Positions 14,251-28,746 of a DNA stretch of 64,000 nt are shown here, in pieces. Under the pieces are notes generated by a model that was given only the letters and a program-made list of their open reading frames with translations, ran no database searches and had not been told where the DNA came from. Location of the stretch: the NCBI RefSeq assembly GCF_009914755.1, contig NC_060928.1; one strand, 5' to 3'. The stretch's first letter is position 1. Each line of letters begins with the position of its first letter. The position numbers were made by a program, and so were the translations under genes. Origin of the DNA: the human T2T-CHM13v2.0 reference genome, Homo sapiens.

Positions 14251-15060
14251 AGGGGCTTTTGGTACTAGACAAATCTTTTCATTTACAGGCAAGGGATGGG
14301 GGGCTAAGAGAAAACATGGGAAGCAAGAATCAAAGCCAGAACTTGAGTTCTCATATTCTGATTCCAAATCAGGTGCTTGCTACCTACCATGTGGCTTATT
14401 TAAACTGAATTTTAATTTTATCCATCTTCATATTTGTTTTACTCCCTGACTGGGGTATGTTAGTGGTATGTGTGAATATCCCAATTGTTGTGTATGCACA
14501 TGGCCTATTAGTATTCTGTAATTTGCATGACTAAGTAAGATATTCATTGTTTGGACAAGAGAAAAAAAGGAAAGGAAATATGGAATGTAGGCCTTTGTAC
14601 CATTTTTTTTCTTACTACTAAATTTTAGAATAAATTTGTCCATGTTGTAGACAAAGGCATAAGAACTCTGGAGATAATAAAATATAGCTCCTGGGTATGA
14701 AAGGAATAGATAGCTTTCTCTAATTTTAAGGATTATCATGTTTAGTTAGAAACTGAAATACTGTAGGAAAAGGCACTAAGTGCTAAAAATATAGGTGATT
14801 AAAAACAGATCCAAAGAGTGAGGAATAGCTCTTTCAAGTTATGTGTGCTTCTTTCATCAAGAAACACGGGGCAAACTTCAAGAAATAATTTATGCGTATG
14901 CTCCTGGACTTGAATTTGCATACAACCAACAACCTTAGCAGTAAATTACATCTTGCTGCTGACTTTTAAAAGCCCTTAATGTGGTAATAAATCCACACTA
15001 GGGTATAGAGTTTCAGTTAGAGAAAAATAGAGGTCTCCCTTTGTTTAGGGTTTGTGCTGA

Positions 15061-15110
15061 TTCCTTTCCTTTCCTTCCTTCCTTCCCTCCTTCCTTCCTT
15101 CCTTCCTTCC
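15061..15110. repeat. (CCTT)n microsatellite
   Basis: Direct observation. Confidence 0.9.
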
Positions 15111-15409
15111 ATTCAGAGATTTTTGTTTCCAGTATATTTTGATTTTTGATCATCTCAATTCAGCTCATAAAATTAAAGTGAAGCCATAACAAAAATGACC
15201 AATTTGTTGGCAATTTTATAGGTATTTGGAATTTTGAGATATAGTCTGTGGCTGTATTGAATATGAATACCAAGTGATTTACTATATCTCTTGAACTATT
15301 TGAGGGTAATAATATAAATGAAGATATCTTTCTTTAGAACTACCAAAAAATACCTTTGTATCTATCTCGCAGAAATTAAGATCTATAATTAAATTTTTAA
15401 AGTCTGAGG

Positions 15410-15715
15410 TTCTATCTAGCTTCTCCTTATAAAGTAAGTGTGTGACTTTAGCAAGTAGTTTAGCTTATTTGAACCATAGTTTCTTAACTGTAAAATCGAA
15501 GTAATAGTAAAAATATTTGTAGTTAGAAATAACCTGTGTCTGAAGCAATTTACAATTATATTAGATGGAAATAGCCTTGGATTTGGAGTCACAGTGCCTG
15601 CAGTCAGGTCCTGGCTTCTCCATAAACTCTATTTTTTGAAAAACCTGATTTTCTGAACTTCTATTTCGAATTTTACTTGTGATAAACTGTACAGTATTGC
15701 TGTGAGGAGCTACAT
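15410..15715 (+). mobile_element. MIR relics
   Basis: TGTGTGACTTTAGCAAGTAGTTTA...AGTTTCTTAACTGTAAAAT core; GGATTTGGAGTCACAG head-like motif. Confidence 0.55.
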
Positions 15716-15804
15716 ATATGTATACATATATTTATATGTAAAAGCTTTTTTTAAACTGTCATGCAAATGTGAATTTCTTCTATTATTAAGTACTGAGGCT
15801 TTAT

Positions 15805-15807
<3 letters not shown>

Positions 15808-15846
<39 letters not shown>
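15808..15846. repeat. (CA)n microsatellite
   Basis: Direct observation. Confidence 0.95.
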
Positions 15847-15849
<3 letters not shown>

Positions 15850-16169
15850 TATATGGCCACACTGATATACCCTAAAGTGTTGTATAGAATTCTAATCATG
15901 GACTCCTATACACTTCAGCAGGTATTTAATTGCTCAAAATGCCCTTGATGCTCTTTTTGAATGGAATTTAGAGCCAGTGTGCAAGCAAAACAAGATTATT
16001 TTATTACTTTATAGTTACACTTTATAACAGACATTAAACACTGACAAGCCAAATCTAAAATATTAGACTTCTCTCACATAAACATTCCAAAGCTCATTCT
16101 GGAAGTGAAGCTACAAGAATATAAAACTACACATGATTTGGGGAAGTTCATTTAAAATCCTTTAGCTTC

Positions 16170-16835
<666 letters not shown>

Positions 16836-16875
16836 CTACAGACATATATGTGATACTGTTTGAGTAGATATATTG

Positions 16876-17464
16876 TGTCAATTGAGTAAAATGACAAGTC
16901 TCAATCATTGTAGGAAATTTATTTGCCAAAGTTATGGGCTCGCTCAGGAAGACAGGTCTATGCCTTTCTCTGAAGATGATTTTGAGGGCTCCAAATTTAA
17001 AGGGGAAAGGGCAGGATATTGAGAAGTACACAGTTTTCATGTAAGAGGGGGCTTAGGGAAAAGTAGTCATTCATGCCTTTGTCTGGCTCAGAGAATCACA
17101 TTTTTTACATAAGATGACACAAACAAAAGGGTCAGAGGGAAAATGTGGAAATCTGCATTTTACATAAGATAACACAGACAAAATGGAGTAGGGGAACAAT
17201 CAGATGTGCATTTGTGTCTGGTGGGCTGGGGTGACTGCACCTGTAAAGATAAGCTATCAATTTGCATTGCCATGGTGAAGTTTTAACAGCTCACTAGGAA
17301 TTTCCTTGTGGGGAAAATATGGGGGAGGCTTGTAGCTTTTCGTCTTGTAGCCATCTCATTTAGGAACCAAAAGGGGGAAGCAGGTTTGAGTGACCCAGTT
17401 CCCAGCTTGACATTTCCCTTTGGTTAAATGAGTTTGGGGTCCCCAAATTTAATTTTCTTTCACA
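16876..17464 (-). mobile_element. MER4A-like solo LTR
   Basis: Minus strand begins TGTGAAAGAAAATTAAATTTGGGGACCCC; TG..CA ends; 4-bp TSD ATTG. Confidence 0.85.
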
Positions 17465-18610
17465 ATTGAATGCTGCAGGTTAAAAATAAAGTGGTCTATA
17501 AAAATAAAATATTGTTGAGCTGAACTTTCTTCTTCCAAGTAGGAAAGATACCCACCAATGCCCTCATATGCATGTAGAAGGAAACCAGCACTCCCTTTAC
17601 ATGTCAGTTCTCAGGCATGTTACTTTTATAACTAGACGTAAGAAAAAGAACTGTCTGTAGGGTGCTCCCTGTATAGTTGGCAATAACTATGTTTGTACAC
17701 GCAGTTTTGCTACCGGTCAAAAATCCTATCAGGATTTGATGAGAATCAAAGAGCTCATTTCGTAAGGAAAAGGGTCTTAATTTTCTCCTCCGTCCCTGGC
17801 TTTTCATGACCGTATGTACATTTGAGTGGCAGTTTCATTAGAACAAAACAAGGACATGAAGGAAGAGATACTTTCTTTGGCCAGATGTGAATTGTTGGGT
17901 TAGAAAGAACCAGGCACATTTCTAGGTGAATAAAACATTTGAATATTACAGCAATTGATTGTATTTTTGTACTCTCCTTTGCTACTCAAAATTTAAACTT
18001 CTCTATACATGCCCAGTTTTTTATAAAAATAGTATTGGGTTTATAAAATTTAAATAGAAAAGTAGACTGTCATAGGAGCAAGGTATGAAAATGATAATTG
18101 TTATATTTGAACAACACTTAATTCTGTGATACATTTTATTTATTATAATAATTTTTATTTTAATTTTACAATACATATTGTTGAACACCAATTTATTTGC
18201 TGTAGCCAGGACACAAGAGGAAATAATATGTATTTTAGCTCTGATCATAGAGAAAACGCACTAACACATATACCATCTTATTCTCCTTTTTGGAATGAAA
18301 TACAGAGGCTTGACCATTCTTTTCTACTCTCCACCTCCAAGATTTATTTTGTGCACTGTTATTTTTTTGTGATTTGAACAATGAATTATAGGGGCAAAAT
18401 AAGGTGCTTACCATGGCTGCTAAGAGGGCCAATAACCACTGATATACCCACAAATCTCAGCTTAATATTTTCTCCTTCAAATATGTCACTCTTTTTATAC
18501 TCTTTAATGAATGAAATAGTCATTTCTAGTTGTTAAAATCAGAAACTTGGCATCATCCTTGATTCCTCTTCTGTCACTCCTCCATATCCCTACATTCAGT
18601 CACTAGGAAC

Positions 18611-19213
18611 TGTCAGAGGTGTTCAAACCAGAGCAACTCCACTTTGAGTGAGGGCTAGGAAAACAAGGCTGAGACCTGTCGGGCCGCATTCCAGAAAATT
18701 AGGCATTCCTAGCCTCTAGATGTTTATGGTTAAGGAAACAAATTAATGATGCTTACTGAAACAGACCCAGACTTGGGTGAGTCCAGATATCCTGATATCT
18801 GGAGAACAAGGGCATTCCTAATTTTACTTTAAAGATCATGATATCGATTCTTGCAAAATATAGTAATTAAGGAAATTAATTCTTTATCACAAACCCTTGT
18901 AGCAGAGCACATCTCCCTAAGATCTATTTTTATCATGTATATATACATATACATATCCAATGCATATATATGCATTGTATATATATACACATATATACAT
19001 ACATATACATATATATATGCATTGTACCTAGGGCAGATGCGTTCTTACTTTCAGGAATGTCCTTCTCTGTCTGTGAAGTAGCCGTCCTTTCACCACTTTA
19101 TTTTCTTAATAAACTTGCTTTTACTTTGCAGTGTGGACTCACCCTGAATTCTTTCCTGGGTGAGATCCAGGAACTCTCTCTTGGGGCTCGACTGGGACCC
19201 CTTTCCCATAACA
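18611..19213 (+). mobile_element. MER41-family solo LTR inserted in an L2 relic
   Basis: TGTCAGAGGTGTTCAAACCAGAGCAACTCCA start; CCCATAACA end; AATAAA at ~19108; TSD GAAC. Confidence 0.85.
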
Positions 19214-19707
19214 GAACTATTGATGCTATCTCATTATTGTCTTGAGTTTTCTCCATATAGGCCACTCTCTTAGTTCAGGCCATCATCCTTTCTTGCTTTG
19301 GTTACTCCATAACTTCTGAATGCTTTCCTTCTTTTTTGTTTTGCCTTACTACATTCATTTCTGATTTTGGCATTTCATATTTTTTTTCCTTGCTGACTGG
19401 AAATATATGCTTTCTTCACGATACCAAGAATATATGCATCTCTTTATTAATGACAACTATTACTAGACCACAACATATCCGTATCCTGTTGCTTGAAGAC
19501 TTCCTTGGAGCCTATTGTATTTCTGTTCTAATTTGGATACTGTTCCAGGATTGCTGCTAAACTCTTATTCTTATAAATATACTTTTTTTCCATGGGAAGT
19601 CTTGGTTTAATGCCATTGTTTCTTGTATCCTACATGTTTTCTTCTTCCTTGCATATACTTTTATGGGAATCTATTTTCTTTTCTTTTTTCCTTTTTCTCT
19701 TTCTCTC

Positions 19708-19997
19708 TTTTTTTTTTTTTTTTTTTTTTTGAGACGGAGTCTCGCTCTGTCGCCAGGTGAGTGTAGTGGCACGATCTGCAACCTCTGCCTCCGGGGTTCA
19801 AGCAATGCTCCTGCCTCAGCCTCCTGAGTAGCTGGGACTACAGGTGCCCGCCACCATGCCCGGCCAATTTTTGCATTTTTGGTGGAGATGGGGTTTCACC
19901 TTGTTGGCCAGGATGGTCTCAATCTCTTGACCTTCTGAGCCACCTGCCTCAGCCTCCCAAAGTGCTGGGATTACAGGCATGAGCCACCATGCCTGGT
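19708..19997 (-). mobile_element. AluS (Sc-like) with a small internal deletion
   Basis: Poly-T followed by an antisense Alu dimer. Confidence 0.9.
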
Positions 19998-20319
19998 GTG
20001 AATCAATTTTCAAGAAAATTCTTCAAAAGGGTGAAACTGATAGTAAACTTTGAGTGTTTACATATTTTTATTTTGTTTTACATGTGGAAGTTTATATTCA
20101 AACTAATTTTCTCTCAGAACATTAAAGACATTGCTCCATTGTCTTGCATCATATAGTGTTGGAATGAGAAGAGCATAATGCCTGTACCTTTCTCTTTCTT
20201 TTGTAGATGACCTTTTATATTTTTTTGTATTTCCATGGAGACCTTAAGATTTCAGTATAATTGGAGTTGTGGGATTTCACACTGACCAAAAAAACACCAC
20301 ACCTCTCTGTAGGAATAGT

Positions 20320-20960
20320 TATTACAATCCGGAGTATATAGGACTTTCACAAAAATAGACTACCCTAAAATGAGATCCAAACTGAAAAATTACAAACAAA
20401 ATATAGAAAAATATCCCAATATGAGAGAGACATGGGATATATAGTAGACCAAAGAATTATTCATCCTTTACCCCAGTAATCTAAGGTGTTAGATAAACCT
20501 TGTAGAGGTGACAAATAATTAAGTTTAGAGTTATTTTAAAATATAAATAATCATAAAACCATATGAAAGTTGTACATTTTAACAAAAGGCATATTTGTCA
20601 AAGAACCAGATCAGCCCAGCAATAAGAAATCGTATTGAAATTTTAAAAGACTCTGTATATGGTGGACAAATTAAATAGCAAATTAGCCATAGCTAAAGAC
20701 AGAACTAGTGTGTTGAGATAAGGTACTATGGAAATTACACACAACGTCACACAAATCTATAGAATGATATAAAACATGAACGTGAAGTTATGAGATAAGG
20801 AAGACAGAATGAGAACATCTGACAAATATCAAGTAGAAACTACAAAAGGAGTAGTAGAATACAAAAAGGTGGCGTGGTATTTGAAATGATAATAGCCAAA
20901 AATATTTCCAGAACTTAAGAAAAGTACTAATTTTCATATTGGTATTTAGGAAGTATATAA
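20320..20960 (+). mobile_element. Ancient L1M ORF1 relic; opposite-strand L1M relic at ~19530-20260
   Basis: A-rich L1 ORF1-like motifs (TTTGAAATGATAATAGCCAAAAATATTTCCAGAAC). Confidence 0.5.
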
Positions 20961-20999
20961 TCGATTCATATTAGACCTCTGTGAAGATCACTTTTTCTT

Positions 21000-21315
21000 T
21001 AAGAGTCCTTTTAAATGTGCATATTCAATTCAAACTCCCTTTGCCTGGCTAACTCTTACATATATTCTTCGTATATATACTTAGATGCCATCTTCTATGA
21101 GAAGTCCTCTGTGATCTATTATGTTTGAGTAGGAGCTACTTGTACCTGTGCTTCCTGTGATTACCCAGCATAACACTTCTGGTTACTCAGTTTACAGCAT
21201 CCCACACCAGATTCTCATACATTTTCTGCTTAGATGTTGTTTTTAACAGTAGAGTGTTTACATCTTTCCACTGTTGAATTTCCACTGACTACCACATAGC
21301 AAGCATTCAATATAT
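21000..21315 (-). mobile_element. L2 3' relic
   Basis: GCCTGGCTAACTCTTAC...ACTTAGATGCCATCTTCT...CACATAGCAAGCATTCAATA. Confidence 0.55.
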
Positions 21316-21624
21316 TTCACACCACATCCTGAGGCTCTGAAGTGCAGGATAATTGCACAGAACCTCAAAAGAAGTATTGAGGCAAGACTTCATATACCAT
21401 TTTGATGCATCACAAAGTCAATACCATACAGTAAGCTGTAGAAGCTATAGATGAATGTTATCATTTAATTTTTAGTGTTATCAGATTTAGGGAAGAAAAT
21501 GGATCTTATATTCATCGTGGTAAGAAAAAGATTAAAATATTGTGGCCTTTATGAAAAGATATTCACCTATAATGGTGTTTCTTAAGCATGATTAAATTCA
21601 CAAACCTCTTTATTATCACTACAT

Positions 21625-21835
21625 TTACTTTAGATTCAGAGGGTACATGTGCAGATTTGTTACATGGATATATTGCACAATGGCAAGGTTTGGGCTTCCA
21701 GGGTACCCATCACCCAAATAGTGAATATCATACCAGCAAGTAATTTTTCAACCCTCAACCTCTCTTCCATTCTTCCCCTTTTGGAGTTCCTAGTGAATAT
21801 TATTTTTATCTTTATATCCATGTGTACCTATTGAT
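21625..21835 (-). mobile_element. Short L1PA16/L1PB-type 3' end
   Basis: TTTAGATTCAGAGGGTACATGTGCAGATTTGTTACATGGATATATTGC. Confidence 0.8.
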
Positions 21836-23289
21836 AAATCTCTTTAAAAGAAAAAAGTTTATGAATCTTCATAATATATTTTGTTTATGCATTGAAAAAT
21901 TTATAAAGGTTTATTAAAGACAGCAAAAATTACTTTACTGTAATTTATTTAAAAATATATAAACAGAACTAATTAGAATTCCCTTACATTTATAAATCTC
22001 TGGTAAATCTATAAAATCCAAACAAATTTAGAAATTAAATACAAACAAAGACTACAAAACCAAAACAGGCAAATAAATTATATATATTTGGTGTGATACA
22101 TGATGCTGTTTTCTGAAATTAAATCTCTTCTTGTGTTTTATCTTAAGTTAGCACACCCCTTTTAACATGTGCCTTGTGATGTCTCAATTCTGTCACCACT
22201 TTCTGTTTTAAATCACTGTGGCAGTCAATTAGCCTTCATTCAGCACAAAATGCATCCTCTGTGTGATAATCTCCTTGTTCTTTTCTCGTTAGCCTGGACA
22301 AATTAATGAAGTATTGCCTGGTAGTAGATCAATTGCTAAAATCAAATTCAACCTGAGGCACTGCAATGTCCAGTAATCTGTAAGTCACCCAATTGATTCA
22401 GAATATGCTTCTTTTAATTTTCGGGTTCTCTCAGAGATGAAACATATATTTAAAATTTTTATAGAAAACTCAGTTTGCTAAAATTATGTCCTCATACCTC
22501 CAGGTGTACCGAGACTCCTTTTGGAGAGACTTGGCTACTGCTTCGATAACAAACCATTTCTTAATCCTGGTTCTGTATGATCATAATCAATTTGAACATA
22601 AGGGAGCTAAATAATAATGCAATTTAACAGTTGTGATTCTGAGCCTTTGAGTTAATAGGAAAGATTATGAAAGGTTATTAGAAAAATGGAGAATATATAA
22701 AATAGAAGCTCTTTTGAATCCAGGGTATTTTCAGTAGAATAATCCAAGAAAATATTGTTACTTAAAAAAAATTATTTTTATTATTATTTCTGATTGACAA
22801 ATCATTATTATATATATTTATGGAGTTCAATGTGATATTTTGATATATGTATAAAATGTGGAATGATCAAATCAAGCTAATTAACCTCTCCATCATTTCC
22901 CTTACCTATCTTTTAAAATGTTAAGATGTTTTAAATTTACACTTTTAGTTACTTTGAAATACATAGTACATTATTATTGACTATAGTCACCCTATTGTTT
23001 AATGAATCTCAAGACCTAATCTCCTATCTGCAAATTTGTACCTTTTGATCATCTCCTCATTTCCTCTCCCCCATTCCACCCATCCTCTGGTAACCACCAT
23101 TCTACTGTCTACTACAAGTTCAATTTTTTTAGATTCCATATGTAAGTGAGATCACATGACATTTGTCTTTCTGTGCTTGATTTATTTCACTGAGCATAAT
23201 GTCCTATAGGTTCATCTACATTGTTGCAAATGATGGAATTTCTTTGTTTTTAAAGACTGAATAGTATTTCATCTACAAATGTACCCTTC

Positions 23290-23590
23290 ACATATACATA
23301 CATGTATGTACATGTGTGGATTTGTATTATATATATATGTACACATATATTATATATAACTATAATTGTTTCATATATACACACATATATACACACACTA
23401 TATATATGTGTATATATATATACACACACATATATACACACACTATATATATGTGTGTATATAGTGGTATATGTGACTATATATACACACACACTATATA
23501 TATAATATATACATATACATATATGTACTATATACATACTATAGTATGTATATATTTAGTATGTGTGTGTGTATATCTATTCACATATAC
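23290..23590. repeat. Compound (TA)/(CA)/(TG) microsatellite inside L1
   Basis: Direct observation. Confidence 0.9.
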
Positions 23591-24094
23591 CACATTTTCT
23601 TTATCCATTCATTTGTTGATGGAGACAGATCGATTCCACATCTTTGCTGTTGTGAATAATACTGCAATGAACATAGGAGTACAGATACTGCTTTAACTAA
23701 TTGATTTCAGTTCCTTTGGATATATACCTAGAAGTAGGATTATTGGATCATAGGGTAGTTCTATTTTCAGATTTTTGAGGAATCTTCATGCCATTTTTCA
23801 TATTGACTGTACTAATTTACATTTCCACCAACAGTGTACAAGGTTTCCCTTTTCTCCACATCCTGTCAACAATTATCTTTTGTCTTGTTGGTAAAAACCA
23901 TTCTAACAAGTGTGAGGTGATATCACATTGTGGTTTTAATTTGCATTTCCCTAGTAATAGTGATGCTGGGCATTCTTTCAAATTTCTGTTGGCCATTGGT
24001 ATATTTTCTTTTGAGAAGTGTTTGTTCAGATCCTTTGCTCATTTTTAAATCAGGTTATTTGCTTTCTTGCTATTAAGTTGTTTAAGTTTTTTAC

Positions 24095-24469
24095 TGTATT
24101 AATTTGTTCTCACGGTGCTAATAAAAACATACCCAAGACTGAGTAATTTATAAAGGAAAGAGGTTTAATTGACTCACAGTTCAGCATGGCTGGGGAGGCC
24201 TCAGGAAACTTACAGTCTTGGTGGAAGGGAAAGCAAACAGGTCTTTCTTCACATGGTAGCAGTAGGTAGAAGAATGAGAACTGAGTGAATGGGGAAACCC
24301 CTTATCAAACTATCAGCTCTCACAAGAACTTACTATCGGGAGACTAGCATGGGGAAAATTGCCCTCACGATTCAATTATCTCCCACTGGGTCCCTCCCAC
24401 CACATGTGGTGATTATGGGAACTACAATTCAAGATGAGATTTGGGTGGAGACACAGCTAAACCATATCA
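24095..24469 (-). mobile_element. THE1-type MaLR solo LTR inserted in L1
   Basis: TGTATTAATTTGTTCTCAC...GGGGAGGCCTCAGGAAACTTACA...AAACCATATCA. Confidence 0.9.
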
Positions 24470-27400
24470 CTTATATATTTTGGATATTAACCCCTTACCA
24501 GATGTATGGTTTGTAAATATTTTCTCCCATTCTGTGGGTTGTCTCTTCACTTAGTTAATTGTTTCCTTTGCTCTGCAGGAACTTTTGGTTTGAAGTCACC
24601 CCATTTGTCTTTTTCTTTTATTTTTATGTTTTGCTTTTGTTGCCTATGCTTTTGGGATTATAGCCAAAAAAAAAAAAAAGAAAGAAAAAAGTCATCCTAA
24701 TGGGAAAAGAAAAGGTAAAATTGTCTTGTGTTTGATGGCTACGTGATCTTACAGATGGAAAAATCCTAAAGACTGCAAAATACCGTTAGAACTAAATTCA
24801 TTTATAAAATGAATACTGTTAGAACTAATTAATTTATTTAAATGAATTAAAATATATGAATTCTTTTATTAAAATGAATTCAGTAAAGGTGCAGGATACA
24901 AAATCAACATTCATACAAGAATCACTAGTATTTGTAATCACCAATAATAATCTATCAAAAAAGGAAAGTAAGAAAACAATACCATTTATAATTGCAACCA
25001 AATACAATTTAAATACTTAGGTATAAATCTAACCAGGGAGATAAAAGATCCGTATACTAAAAACTACAAAACACTGATAAAAGAAAATGAAGAAAACACA
25101 AATTGATGAAAAGATGTCCTATGGTCATGGATTAGAAGAATTAATATTGTGAAAATGTCCATACTACCTAAAGCAATCTGCAGTTTCAGTGCAATCACTA
25201 TGAAAATTCCAGTGTCATTTTTCATAGCAATAGAAAAGATAATCTTAAACTTGTATGGAACTTCAGAAGACCCTGAATGGCTAAAAACAATCTTGAGCAA
25301 AAGGAACAATGCTGGAGATATCACACTCCCTTTTAAAACATATTATGAAGTGATTGTAGCCAAAACAGTATGGTACTAGCATAAAAATGGACACAGAGAC
25401 CAATGGAATAGGAAGGAAAGCCTGAAAATAAACCCATGCATTTATGTTCAATTGATCTTGAAAATGTTTTCATCTTATTTTGCTTTTTGGTCTTTTTAAA
25501 TTACATTTTTTTTTGAAAATAACTTTTCAACATACGTAGTGAGTATGTGTTCAGCTTAGGATTAATTCTTTTTGATAACCATTTTCTGCTCAGTGTAACT
25601 TTTGTTATATTTAATCCCAGTAACTTCTAGGGATTAAAGTGTTAAAATATCATTAGATTGTTAAAAAAAAGAGAGACACATTTTCATTTCAAGATAACAA
25701 GTGAAGTTTCTTGCACTGTGGACCAGATAGTATAAAAATGACCCATTTTATCCTCCTTTGAAAAAGACATGATAAATTGCAACACCCATGGGTCTTTTTT
25801 CATTTTGTTTTATTTTGTTTGGTTTTTGGTAGGAATTTGGGAACTCCGCACTCTGTATAAAACTCTATTAAGGTAAATGGGGCAGTAACAGTTATATTGT
25901 TAAGAAAATAGTAAAATAGAATGGCCTAACCTTCTGTCTTATTGGTGAGATGGATGCAGTTTCTTCTTTAAAAATAGTTACTATTTTGTTTTGCTTTTGT
26001 TACCCCTAAGGTGCATTTTGCCGAATCAGCAGGTAGGTAGATGTGTCTTTTGCATGTATTTATTTTAGAGATAAATATTATGAAGCCTAACTTCACTTGA
26101 CAACTTCTGACAAATTAAGGATCCCTTTGATGTGTCTTAGTTCCATTATCTAAAGCCAGAAAGTTTGAGTTTTCTTAAACTGTGCTTTCTTCAAAAATCT
26201 TAAACTAAAGCTAGATATGTAAAACTGATAAGATATGCACTCTTCTGGTTGAATCTGGAGTGGAGAAGTAAAGAAATCCCCAACTGGTCTTTCTTATCTC
26301 TTTTGATAATTTCCGAGTTACCTCTAGGGAACCCATTGAACTCTTTGAAACCACTAACATGTTGAAAACTACTAAACTATCTTAGGACATCAGATTTGTT
26401 CTATAGCAAATATGAAGATGTCTTGTGAGGCAATGAGTTCAAAACGTAAACAAAATTGAGGATTCACTCTCATTGGTCAGTCTAAAAACAATCCTGACTC
26501 TTGAGGTAAGCTAGGGAGAGAAGAGGTCAAGGCTAAATTACTACTATTCCTACTGTTACTATTTTGTCATTTTTGAAAAACACTAGGTATCGTGGAGTTC
26601 CCTTGGGATTACCTTGAGAATTAGTGACTTGAATCCAAGTTTAAGAAATTTGCCAGCTTAGGTCTTTGAGGCCTAAATCTTTCTACTTAGTTTTTAGAAA
26701 CTAAATAGAAATGAAATAGAAAGATTTAAGATAACTAAAACTAAGTAGAAAACTGATTGGAGGGAACTGTGGAGTACAATATTGAGGGATCATTATCATA
26801 TCATAAGATCTTAAGGCATTCATGTTCTGTAAGATACTGTCCCATTCCTGGATGTGTAAAGGGGGAGACATAAACTTGTGATGTGTCACAACTTGGGTTG
26901 AGAAAAGAGCTAGTTTTGAAGAAAGTTGTGTGTGTGTGCGTGTGTGTGTCTGTGTTTGTATGTATCTCAATCGACTCAACACAATCCATCTATTGCTATA
27001 AGATTTCAAGAGGAAGGAAATATTTTGATTTAGTGCTTCAAAAAGCCTGAAGTGGAAAATTTCTTAAACTTGATCAAAGTAATTAATTTCCAAATATATA
27101 TATTTCAAATTCTCAAGTATTTCATTAATTCTCAAATCTATGTCTATATGTATCTGATCTGGGAAAGGTACATACCTTTATGGGTATCAAAATCAGATAG
27201 TGAGCTTTAGATTAAGTACAAATAATGAATCAAACACAGGTCATACTTTGGTCCACTTAGTTACAGAGTTGCTAGCTAAAACAGAGTTGTGGAACACTGA
27301 GAATGGATTGAGAAATATTTTTCCCTGACACCAGGACTTACTTTTGAATTTCTATCTCTGTAAATTCTAATCAGCGAGGTTTCTTGATCATTTTTGTGTT

Positions 27401-28746
27401 GACTTAGTTTCTATGGAAGAAGTAGAAAATTGAGGATCTGGCAAGGTGGCAAAATAGAAACAGCTCCGGTCTGCTGCTGCCAGTGAGACCAATGCAGAAG
27501 GTGAGTGATTTCTGCATTTCTAACTTAGGTACCTGGTTCATCTCATTGGGACTAGTTAGACAGTGGGTGCAACCCACGTAGAGTGAGCAGAAACAGGGTG
27601 GGACATCGCCTCACCTGGGAATTGCAAGCAGCCGGGGGCCTCACTACCCCTGCCAAAGGAAGGCATGAAGGACTGTGCTTTCTGACCCAGACACTACAGT
27701 TTTCCCACGGTTTTCACAAGCCACAGACCAGGAGATCCCCTTGTGTGCCTACACCACCAGGGCCCTGGGATTCAAGCACAAAACTTGGTGGCTGTTTGGG
27801 CAGACACTGAACTACCTGCAGGAGGATTTTTTTCATATCCCAGTGGCACCTGGAATCCCAGTGAGACAGAAACATTCACTTCCATGGAAAGGTGGCTGAA
27901 GCCAGGGAGCCAAATGGTCTTGCTCAGTGGGTCCCACTCCCAGAGAGCCCAGCAAATTAAGAACCACTGGCTTGAAATTCTCGCTGCCAGCACAGTAGTC
28001 TAAAGTAGGCCTGGGACGATTGAGCTTGGTTGGGGGGAGGAGCATCCACCATTACTGAGGCTTCAGTAGGTGGTTTTCCCCTCACAGTGTTAAAGAAGCT
28101 AGGAAGTTTGGACTGGGAAGAGCTCACCACAGTGCAGCAAAGTGACTGCCTCTCTAGATTCCTTCTCACTGGGCAGGGCATCTCTGAAAGAAAGGAAGCA
28201 GCCCCAATTAGAGGCGTATAGATAAAACTCCCATCTCACTGGGACAGAGCACCTGGGGAAAGGGGTGGCTGTGGGTGCAGCTTCAGCAGACTTAAGTGTT
28301 CCTGCCTGCCAGCTCTGAAGAGAGCAGTGGATCTCCAGGCACAGCACTTGAGCTCTGCTAAGGAACAGAGTGCCTCCTCAAGTGGGTCCCTGACCCATAT
28401 GCCTCCTGACTGGGAGACACCTCCCAGCAGGGGTCAACAGACACCTCACACAGGAGAGCTCTGGCTGGAATCAGGCAGGTGCCCCACTGGGACAAGGCTT
28501 CCAGGGGAGGGAGCAGGCAGCAATCTTTGCTGTTCTGTAGCCTCTGATGGTGATACCCAGGTGAACAGGGTCTGGAGTGGACCTCCAGCAAACTCCATCA
28601 GACCTGCAGAAGAGGGGTCTGACTCTTAGAGGAAAAACTAACTAACAGAAAGCAGTAACATCAGCAGCAAGCAAAAGGACACCCACACAAAAACCCCATC
28701 CAAAGGCCATCGGCATCAAAGATCAAAGGTAGATAAATCCACGAAG

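Larger units (their letters stand above)
22772..25465 (-). mobile_element. L1MA element with 5' inversion (minus 22772-24665, plus ~24695-25465)
   Basis: Antisense 3' UTR and ORF2 end, then sense ORF2 (peptide MSILPKAICSFSAITMKIP...KTILSKRNNAGDITLP). Confidence 0.8.

Noticed and set aside
18686-18700. Interferon-responsive STAT1 GAS site in MER41
   Set aside because: Reads TTCCAGAA (2-nt spacer), not TTCNNNGAA; no intact site seen.
23250-23696. Y/I/H/T-rich ORFs
   Set aside because: Microsatellite translations.
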